A stretch of 62,498 nt of DNA, the filler included, from Stramenopiles sp. TOSAG23-2 (taxonomy: Eukaryota), in NCBI GenBank assembly GCA_900128395.1. It is 8 parts of 8 records of this genome, joined end to end, with 100 filler letters (N's around TTAATTAATTAA, not from the genome) between each part and the next. Parts side by side here need not be neighbours in the genome. Positions count along the whole stretch, not along the records: positions 1 to 11,479 come from LT649929.1; positions 11,580 to 23,057 come from LT649930.1; 6 more parts are not named here. One strand, written 5' to 3'. This document shows positions 11,315 to 20,207 of this stretch, piece by piece. A program made the position numbers and the translations under genes. A model generated the notes under the pieces. The model worked only from the letters and a program-made list of their open reading frames with translations. It was not told the origin of the DNA and did not search any database. How positions within the stretch are numbered: position 1 is the first letter of the stretch; each line of letters starts with the position of its first letter.

Positions 11315-11479
11315 TTACTTTTTTTGCTTTTTTGAGGAAACTGCGTCTATACTGTCTTTACTTGATCGCTTCTTACTACGAGGCGTATTACTAACATTAC
11401 TATTATTATTATCTTCATCGGCATTTAATCGTTTCAAATCAGCTAATGCATCGTCTTTAAAATCAACATCATCAGATTC
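11315..11479 (-). CDS. C-terminal fragment of an unknown protein (truncated by contig end)
   Basis: Open minus frame from the linker: ESDDVDFKDDALADLKRLNADEDNNN...SSKKQKK-stop. Confidence 0.55.
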   Translation of the reverse strand, partial: ESDDVDFKDDALADLKRLNADEDNNNSNVSNTPRSKKRSSKDSIDAVSSKKQKK

Positions 11480-11579
11480 NNNNNNNNNNNNNNNNNNNNN
11501 NNNNNNNNNNNNNNNNNNNNNNNTTAATTAATTAANNNNNNNNNNNNNNNNNNNNNNNNNNNNNNNNNNNNNNNNNNNN
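11480..11579. other. Artificial contig linker (N-run + TTAATTAATTAA + N-run)
   Basis: Six-frame stop spacer; the same linker occurs at 23058-23157, 34631-34730, 46203-46302, 57763-57862, 59342-59441 and 60921-61020. Confidence 0.98.
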
Positions 11580-12202
11580 CAGTAATAATGATGTTATTTT
11601 TTGGTCAATGGTATATTTATCAACGTTGGTATAACTAAGTACGAATGTATTTTTCATATGTATTTATCCGTATTCTAAGTTCTGCGGGCACGTCCTATAA
11701 GCATATGTACTTGGAAATTAAGTATAAGTACTTATAGGGACTCAAGGCGTAGCTTTGACTACGGTGCATATTAGATAGGTAAATTATCCATACTCTAAAC
11801 ACCACCAGAGGTTAGGATCACACGAAAATAACGATATTTATGAAAAATATTCCTGAATACTGTAAGTTTGTAATGCTGTGTACCCATTAATCAAGTATTG
11901 TAAGGATACTCTGTTTGCGGAAATTTTTATTCACACTTGTCGATATACCAATTACCATATCATAGGATATATACCGTATAGTAATTAGTACAAATCTCCC
12001 GTTAAACCACTATTTTAGCACATCGGCGGTCACGAGCATCCCGATCTTACTCAAATTAGGAAAACAAGAATTATTTTCGTAAAAAATATAATAAAAAAAT
12101 ATGTACCCCAGTTTACGGTTTTAATATTAAATGACGTCTCTCCGTTTTTTACCCCACCCCCCTCCCTTTTCCCCTTCTTTCTCCTCTTTTTCCTCCTCCT
12201 TT

Positions 12203-14983
12203 TTAAATTCTACTCGGGGGAAACAATACTTTAAAAACGAAATTGCCACAAATTGCAAGTACAGAAAACATAAATATAATGACTACGATCTTCGATTTCA
12301 TCGGTATTTTCCTCAATTTTTGGCGTTCATTTTTAGCTGCTTTAATCCCAGCTGAATCAATACTATGTCCAGTAGTTCCATCTCCAATACTAATCCCAAT
12401 TGCAGCTATTTTAAATTTTTTTGGCACTTGTAACGTCGTTGGTCCATCATTGAAACGCTCCCCTGCTTTCATATTCAATGGACCAACGACTTTTTCTTTA
12501 TTCACAATAACATGATGTCTAGCTTTTAAAAATGCGGGATGCATGAAAAATTTTGCTGTTGGCAAATCAAATGGCAATGGGCGTTTTGCAGTTGGCGAGA
12601 CGGCAAATGCATAATCTGGAGAACAGATCAATAAACGTCTTTGTTTCATTATATTACTGCCGCGACCATGCATCATCATACTATCAACTGTGCGAATTCC
12701 TTCAGGTTGGCGAATTTCAGCTAACGACAACGTATCGAAAGGACGAGTGAACCAACTGGTTAAATATCGTTTCCACATGTACGATACAAATGGCAATATT
12801 GTAACAGCAGCTGCTTGGCCAAAACCTTCTTTTAAGCCAAATAATCCAATAAATGTACATTGATACATTATCAATCCATAAATGACAGCATCGACAATGT
12901 TCAACCACATAATTCCACCACTTTCGTATTTTGGTTCCCAGACATACATTGACATGTATCGAACGACACCCCATCCAAATATAAAAAATATCAACGAAAA
13001 TGGCAAAATTAACGGTGCGATAGATGAAAATACAAATGTAATGACAAATACTAATAATGCTGAACTATATGTTCGTGGAATACCTTGAGCAGGTGGAGTT
13101 GGTTTCAAGGCCATACGTCGTAACCGCTCGTTCCCTTTTGCTCGTTTCACTGCAATTAATTGTTTCACCACCGTTCCTATTTGCAATAATTGAGATGGAT
13201 AAAATGCAAATGCTAATAGCATAACGTAACTAACATAGAAAAAATATAAATTGGGTAAACTGGAAGCCAATAATCCTGGTATTTCTTTCGGTTGCGTAAT
13301 CATAGTTTGCACTGTTTCTACAAGTGCGCCACTTAAAGTCGACACTAGTAAAACATCTTTTACTTGAAATGCAAGGAAACGTAAGCTAACTGCTTTATCA
13401 AGTTGTGAAAACGTCAAGACGCCACCAAATTTAACTATTTTCTCAATCAATACTGGCAAGACGTACATTAATGCTGCTAAAATGATGGTAGGCAAAATAC
13501 CTGATAAAAACGCTCGTTCCGTATCGTCTAATTTAAATCCAACATATGCTTCTAATTTCTCTAATTTAGTCAATGCTTGCACCGCTGCTACTGGAATCGA
13601 CCAAAATGTTACCAAGGAAAACGATCCAGCAGTTTGTAATAATGAACGAAATGGTATAATGCTTAATTGTTTAACCAATGGCTTTTGCTTTACGTTTTCC
13701 CAGAATATATCACGTGGCTCCGGTGCTGACGAAACTATAAATGTATGCGGATCCTTGTTTAAAAACAATTGTTTTGCTGTATTTGCAGCTGCTGAATCTT
13801 GAAAGGTAACAAATCCAATTCCTCGTACTACTGGTGGATAATCGTTTTTCTCTATTTCTCGTTGTACTTTTCTATTCATTTTTTTCAATGCTTTTTCATA
13901 ATATTCAATGGAATCCACTGTTGTCCCTATTAAACCTCCTGGTAATTTTGCTGCAATATTACCAACTTTTGCACCAACTTTTAACATTGGATTTTCATGT
14001 GATTTTGTTTTTTTATTATTGTTGTTATTATTTTTATTATTATTATTATTATTAGCTTTCGCACTCACACTTTTTTTTTCCCTTCCTTCATCAATATCTT
14101 CATAGATATCATCATCATCATCATCATCAATATTGTCATCATCACTGTTCTCTTCATTTTTATCACTTAAAACACGATGTTTTGGTCGTACAAATTTAAA
14201 ATGAAATGATACATATGCAGCTTCTAAATTTTCAGCAATTTTTTCTCTTTTACTTAATAGTTCAGGTAATTTCAATGGATCACGTGCGACACATGCACTA
14301 TCAACGACACCACCTGGAAATAAAAATTCAAAATACTCTTTCAACGCTTCATCTGTTCTATATTCTTCTGGTATATTTTCAATCATAATCGTCCTTCCAT
14401 GAACTCCAATATCTCTTGATGCATTTCTCTCTAATGCCTTTAAATATCGATGTCTAGAATTAACAAAACTTTTATAATGAGTATATAAAAGGAAATATGT
14501 TAAAAAAGAACAGAGATATACGGAAAGTGCGAAAAACCATAAATAGATATTTTCATCCTTTGTAACTTCAATAATACTCCATTTTCCAAACGCATACATT
14601 AAACATGGTATATTAAAAAGTGCAACAAGACCAAATAATTGCATCCCTAAATCAAATATACGGGATAAAGCAAGTGCATCGATTCCAGCTTTTAAAAAAA
14701 TATCTTCATCTGTTGTAGTTAAAATCATTGTAATCCAACCACAAAATCCAGGAGGAGGGTCACTTAAATGGTTATTACCAGTCACACGATGTGTCCATCG
14801 TGGGGCATATACATGCGAAAATTTAAATCTTAAATAACTAAATAAAGTCAATACTATAATAGCTATTACTACATTTGTTTGCATTGATGCTGAAAATGCA
14901 TTAAACGACGCTTCGGTAAGAACAACACCACCATTATTATTATTATTATTGTCTCCAAAAGAAGTTGCATTATTAATAGACAT
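12203..14983 (-). CDS. OSCA/TMEM63/CSC1 mechanosensitive calcium-permeable channel, copy 1
   Basis: VYAPR, AGIDAL, RTIMIENIP, GFVTF, APEPRDIFWEN, IAPLILPF, YESGG motifs; about 11 TM segments; intronless. Confidence 0.95.
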   Translation of the reverse strand: MSINNATSFGDNNNNNNGGVVLTEASFNAFSASMQTNVVIAIIVLTLFSYLRFKFSHVYAPRWTHRVTGNNHLSDPPPGFCGWITMILTTTDEDIFLKAGIDALALSRIFDLGMQLFGLVALFNIPCLMYAFGKWSIIEVTKDENIYLWFFALSVYLCSFLTYFLLYTHYKSFVNSRHRYLKALERNASRDIGVHGRTIMIENIPEEYRTDEALKEYFEFLFPGGVVDSACVARDPLKLPELLSKREKIAENLEAAYVSFHFKFVRPKHRVLSDKNEENSDDDNIDDDDDDDIYEDIDEGREKKSVSAKANNNNNNKNNNNNNKKTKSHENPMLKVGAKVGNIAAKLPGGLIGTTVDSIEYYEKALKKMNRKVQREIEKNDYPPVVRGIGFVTFQDSAAANTAKQLFLNKDPHTFIVSSAPEPRDIFWENVKQKPLVKQLSIIPFRSLLQTAGSFSLVTFWSIPVAAVQALTKLEKLEAYVGFKLDDTERAFLSGILPTIILAALMYVLPVLIEKIVKFGGVLTFSQLDKAVSLRFLAFQVKDVLLVSTLSGALVETVQTMITQPKEIPGLLASSLPNLYFFYVSYVMLLAFAFYPSQLLQIGTVVKQLIAVKRAKGNERLRRMALKPTPPAQGIPRTYSSALLVFVITFVFSSIAPLILPFSLIFFIFGWGVVRYMSMYVWEPKYESGGIMWLNIVDAVIYGLIMYQCTFIGLFGLKEGFGQAAAVTILPFVSYMWKRYLTSWFTRPFDTLSLAEIRQPEGIRTVDSMMMHGRGSNIMKQRRLLICSPDYAFAVSPTAKRPLPFDLPTAKFFMHPAFLKARHHVIVNKEKVVGPLNMKAGERFNDGPTTLQVPKKFKIAAIGISIGDGTTGHSIDSAGIKAAKNERQKLRKIPMKSKIVVIIFMFSVLAICGNFVFKVLFPPSRI

Positions 14984-15452
14984 GTTTATTGTTATTTTCT
15001 TTTGTCTTTTCTATAAGTATAAAAATACTATAACTAATAATAATATTACAATTTATATTTATAATATAAATAACAAAAATTTCTTTTCTTTTTAAATGGA
15101 TTGATTTGATAGTTATCGTAAACTAAACAGACAGACTGATTTGAAAGAAGTTTTCGTAAATTATTTTAGAAAATTTAGGAAAAAAAAATATAGAAAATTT
15201 TTTTTTTTAAATTTAAAATACCTTTCCGTCGTCTATTTAATAAATTTGTGTATCAATTTATCGCAGCGATGTGAAATGTATAATAATATATACTAGACAA
15301 TTATACTGAAGATGAATTTATATTTTCTATACAGACACGAACACACACAGACATATATCCATCTTGTTTTGCACTCTCCTCGTATCTTTTTGGCCAGAAT
15401 TGAACTTTGATGCGCCACGGGTGTGACTCGTGAGTGCTGTGTCTATGTTATT

Positions 15453-15730
15453 ATAGGTTTACAGAGGAGCGGTATAACATTAAATTAAAAAACTTTTAAG
15501 AGTTGACTATATATAATTATACAAGAGGTACGACGCATATATATTACACCACACCATTTTATTTTACATAATTATACAAGAGGTACGACGCATATATATT
15601 ACACCACACCATTTTATTTTACATAGGTTTACAGAGGAGCGGTAACATTAAATTAAAAAACTTATAAGAGTTGACTATATAATTATACAAGAGGTACGAC
15701 GCATATATATTACACCACACCATTTTATTT
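15453..15730. repeat. Composite A-B-B-A-B short repeat between the OSCA copies
   Basis: A (ATAGGTTTACAGAGGAGCGG...GTTGACTAT) x2 and B (ATAATTATACAAGAGGTACGACGCAT...CACCATTTTATTT) x3. Confidence 0.85.
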
Positions 15731-16826
15731 GCGGAAAGTGGTTTTTCAGAAATTGGTCATTCGAATTTTAATTTTTTGAATTTTAACAATATTATTCGTT
15801 ATTTTACTGTTTAAATGTTGTTATTTATTATTATTAGTGTATGATAAATATATTAATAAATATTTGTTAGATATCGTTATAATTGGTAACGTGCGTATAT
15901 AACGTATATACAAACGCGGTTTCTCAATTTAAATGCACGAAAACATACACAAAAGAACAAAAGTGAATATTTTGTACATTTTATTTACTAGTTTGATTCA
16001 CATATATAGCCATTTTTAGTCAACGTTGCTAATAATGTGTTAATTACAAAATATAATCTTCTTGTATTATTTTTGGAGGTTCGAATATGTACAATATGGT
16101 TTGATCCTTTTATTAAAGTATGTTGACGGTTAGTTAAAGCATCTAGTGAGTGATTTCTTCCATTTTTTGATGTTGAAATGAGTATATTTGTAAAAAGTAT
16201 TTTCAGTAATAATGATGTTATTTTTTGGTCAATGGTATATTTATCAACGTTGGTATAACTAAGTACGAATGTATTTTTCATATGTATTTATCCGTATTCT
16301 AAGTTCTGCGGGCACGTCCTATAAGCATATGTACTTGGAAATTAAGTATAAGTACTTATAGGGACTCAAGGCGTAGCTTTGACTACGGTGCATATTAGAT
16401 AGGTAAATTATCCATACTCTAAACACCACCAGAGGTTAGGATCACACGAAAATAACGATATTTATGAAAAATATTCCTGAATACTGTAAGTTTGTAATGC
16501 TGTGTACCCATTAATCAAGTATTGTAAGGATACTCTGTTTGCGGAAATTTTTATTCACACTTGTCGATATACCAATTACCATATCATAGGATATATACCG
16601 TATAGTAATTAGTACAAAGCTCCCGTTAAACCACTATTTTAGCACATCGGCGGTCACGAGCATCCCGATCTTACTCAAATTAGGAAAACAAGAATTATTT
16701 TCGTAAAAAATATAATAAAAAAATATGTACCCCAGTTTACGGTTTTAATATTAAATGACGTCTCTCCGTTTTTTACCCCACCCCCCTCCCTTTTCCCCTT
16801 CTTTCTCCTCTTTTTCCTCCTCCTTT

Positions 16827-19610
16827 TTAAATTCTACTCGGGGGAAACAATACTTTAAAAACGAAATTGCCACAAATTGCAAGTACAGAAAACATAAATA
16901 TAATGACTACGATCTTCGATTTCATCGGTATTTTCCTCAATTTTTGGCGTTCATTTTTAGCTGCTTTAATCCCAGCTGAATCAATACTATGTCCAGTAGT
17001 TCCATCTCCAATACTAATCCCAATTGCAGCTATTTTAAATTTTTTTGGCACTTGTAACGTCGTTGGTCCATCATTGAAACGCTCCCCTGCTTTCATATTC
17101 AATGGACCAACGACTTTTTCTTTATTCACAATAACATGATGTCTAGCTTTTAAAAATGCGGGATGCATGAAAAATTTTGCTGTTGGCAAATCAAATGGCA
17201 ATGGGCGTTTTGCAGTTGGCGAGACGGCAAATGCATAATCTGGAGAACAGATCAATAAACGTCTTTGTTTCATTATATTACTGCCGCGACCATGCATCAT
17301 CATACTATCAACTGTGCGAATTCCTTCAGGTTGGCGAATTTCAGCTAACGACAACGTATCGAAAGGACGAGTGAACCAACTGGTTAAATATCGTTTCCAC
17401 ATGTACGATACAAATGGCAATATTGTAACAGCAGCTGCTTGGCCAAAACCTTCTTTTAAGCCAAATAATCCAATAAATGTACATTGATACATGATCAATC
17501 CATAAATGACAGCATCGACAATGTTCAACCACATAATTCCACCACTTTCGTATTTTGGTTCCCAGACATACATTGACATATATCGAACGACACCCCATCC
17601 AAATATAAAAAATATCAACGAAAATGGCAAAATTAACGGTGCGATAGATGAAAATACAAATGTAATGACAAATACTAATAATGCTGAACTATATGTTCGT
17701 GGAATACCTTGAGCAGGTGGAGTTGGTTTCAAGGCCATACGTCGTAACCGCTCGTTCCCTTTTGCTCGTTTCACTGCAATTAATTGTTTCACCACCGTTC
17801 CTATTTGCAATAATTGAGATGGATAAAATGCAAATGCTAATAGCATAACATAACTAACATAGAAAAAATATAAATTGGGTAAACTGGAAGCCAATAATCC
17901 TGGTATTTCTTTCGGTTGCGTAATCATAGTTTGCACTGTTTCTACAAGTGCGCCACTTAAAGTCGACACTAGTAAAACATCTTTTACTTGAAATGCAAGG
18001 AAACGTAAGCTAACTGCTTTATCAAGTTGTGAAAACGTCAAGACGCCACCAAATTTAACTATTTTCTCAATCAATACTGGCAAGACGTACATTAATGCTG
18101 CTAAAATGATGGTAGGCAAAATACCTGATAAAAACGCTCGTTCCGTATCGTCTAATTTAAATCCAACATATGCTTCTAATTTCTCTAATTTAGTCAATGC
18201 TTGCACCGCTGCTACTGGAATCGACCAAAATGTTACCAAGGAAAACGATCCAGCAGTTTGTAATAATGAACGAAATGGTATAATGCTTAATTGTTTAACC
18301 AATGGCTTTTGCTTTACGTTTTCCCAGAATATATCACGTGGCTCCGGTGCTGACGAAACTATAAATGTATGCGGATCCTTGTTTAAAAACAATTGTTTTG
18401 CTGTATTTGCAGCTGCTGAATCTTGAAAGGTAACAAATCCAATTCCTCGTACTACTGGTGGATAATCGTTTTTTTCTATTTCTCGTTGTACTTTTCTATT
18501 CATTTTTTTCAATGCTTTTTCATAATATTCAATGGAATCCACTGTTGTCCCTATTAAACCTCCTGGTAATTTTGCTGCAATATTACCAACTTTTGCACCA
18601 ACTTTTAACATTGGATTTTCATGTGATTTTGTTTTTTTATTATTGTTGTTATTATTTTTATTATTATTATTATTATTAGCTTTCGCACTCACACTTTTTT
18701 TTTCCCTTCCTTCATCAATATCTTCATAGATATCATCATCATCATCATCATCAATATTGTCATCATCACTGTTCTCTTCATTTTTATCACTTAAAACACG
18801 ATGTTTTGGTCGTACAAATTTAAAATGAAATGATACATATGCAGCTTCTAAATTTTCAGCAATTTTTTCTCTTTTACTTAATAGTTCAGGTAATTTCAAT
18901 GGATCACGTGCGACACATGCACTATCAACGACACCTCCTGGAAATAAAAATTCAAAATACTCTTTCAACGCTTCATCTGTTCTATATTCTTCTGGTATAT
19001 TTTCAATCATAATCGTCCTTCCATGAACTCCAATATCTCTTGATGCATTTCTCTCTAATGCCTTTAAATATCGATGTCTAGAATTAACAAAACTTTTATA
19101 ATGAGTATATAAAAGGAAATATGTTAAAAAAGAACAGAGATATACGGAAAGTGCGAAAAACCATAAATAGATATTTTCATCCTTTGTAACTTCAATAATA
19201 CTCCATTTTCCAAACGCATACATTAAACATGGTATATTAAAAAGTGCAACAAGGCCAAATAATTGCATCCCTAAATCAAATATACGGGATAAAGCAAGTG
19301 CATCGATTCCAGCTTTTAAAAAAATATCTTCATCTGTTGTAGTTAAAATCATTGTAATCCAACCACAAAATCCAGGAGGAGGGTCACTTAAATGGTTATT
19401 ACCAGTCACACGATGTGTCCATCGTGGGGCATATACATGCGCAAATTTAAATCTTAAATAACTAAATAAAGTCAATACTATAATAGCTATTACTACATTT
19501 GTTTGCATTGATGCTGAAAATGCATTAAACGACGCTTCGGTAAGAACAACACCACCATTATTATTATTATTATTATTGTCTCCAAAAGAAGTTGCATTAT
19601 TATTAGACAT
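16827..19610 (-). CDS. OSCA/TMEM63/CSC1 channel, copy 2
   Basis: Protein differs from copy 1 only by I3N, one extra Asn and one S/A change. Confidence 0.95.
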   Translation of the reverse strand: MSNNNATSFGDNNNNNNNGGVVLTEASFNAFSASMQTNVVIAIIVLTLFSYLRFKFAHVYAPRWTHRVTGNNHLSDPPPGFCGWITMILTTTDEDIFLKAGIDALALSRIFDLGMQLFGLVALFNIPCLMYAFGKWSIIEVTKDENIYLWFFALSVYLCSFLTYFLLYTHYKSFVNSRHRYLKALERNASRDIGVHGRTIMIENIPEEYRTDEALKEYFEFLFPGGVVDSACVARDPLKLPELLSKREKIAENLEAAYVSFHFKFVRPKHRVLSDKNEENSDDDNIDDDDDDDIYEDIDEGREKKSVSAKANNNNNNKNNNNNNKKTKSHENPMLKVGAKVGNIAAKLPGGLIGTTVDSIEYYEKALKKMNRKVQREIEKNDYPPVVRGIGFVTFQDSAAANTAKQLFLNKDPHTFIVSSAPEPRDIFWENVKQKPLVKQLSIIPFRSLLQTAGSFSLVTFWSIPVAAVQALTKLEKLEAYVGFKLDDTERAFLSGILPTIILAALMYVLPVLIEKIVKFGGVLTFSQLDKAVSLRFLAFQVKDVLLVSTLSGALVETVQTMITQPKEIPGLLASSLPNLYFFYVSYVMLLAFAFYPSQLLQIGTVVKQLIAVKRAKGNERLRRMALKPTPPAQGIPRTYSSALLVFVITFVFSSIAPLILPFSLIFFIFGWGVVRYMSMYVWEPKYESGGIMWLNIVDAVIYGLIMYQCTFIGLFGLKEGFGQAAAVTILPFVSYMWKRYLTSWFTRPFDTLSLAEIRQPEGIRTVDSMMMHGRGSNIMKQRRLLICSPDYAFAVSPTAKRPLPFDLPTAKFFMHPAFLKARHHVIVNKEKVVGPLNMKAGERFNDGPTTLQVPKKFKIAAIGISIGDGTTGHSIDSAGIKAAKNERQKLRKIPMKSKIVVIIFMFSVLAICGNFVFKVLFPPSRI

Positions 19611-20207
19611 GTTTGTTTTCTTTAGAACTTATTTTTTTTTGGAATACCTTTCCGTATATTTAAAAATACAGACAGACTGTTTTGAAAGAAGTTCTCGTAA
19701 ATTATTATTATTTTAGAAAATTTAGGAAAAAAAAAATAAAAAATCTTTTAATAATTTAAAATATCTTTCCGTCTATTTAATAAATTTGTGTATCAATATA
19801 TTATCGCAGCGGTGTGAAATATATGGCAATAGACGATTGTACTGGAGATGATTGTATATTTTCTAAATCGCAATACACACACGAACATACATACATGTCA
19901 TACATCTTGTGTTGCAACTCGTATCTTTTTGGCCCAGATTGAACTACTTTGGTTGCGCCACGGGTGTGACTCATTTGGTGATTATTCCTATCATTTTAAC
20001 ACCATACTATACAAATATATGTACTTGGTACCTTCTAATAATGTACTAATGTTGATGAACACTTAAAATTCTATATTTAAGATGGTTAAAATCTAAGTTA
20101 TACACAGTACAGCAGTACAGAGTACAGTACAGTACAGTAATAATTTTACTTCCCGTGCTACTAGTACTAATAGAACTAAAGTAATAAGTAACCACATCAC
20201 ATTTATT

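Larger units (their letters stand above)
11580..19972. repeat. Tandem segmental duplication (period ~4624 bp) containing the OSCA gene
   Basis: 11580-14983 is nearly identical to 16204-19610; weaker homology continues into the promoters up to 15429 and 19972. Confidence 0.95.

Noticed and set aside
15988-16281. 97-aa minus ORF between the OSCA copies
   Set aside because: No recognisable motif and no extension into a longer frame; not supportable as a gene or mobile element.
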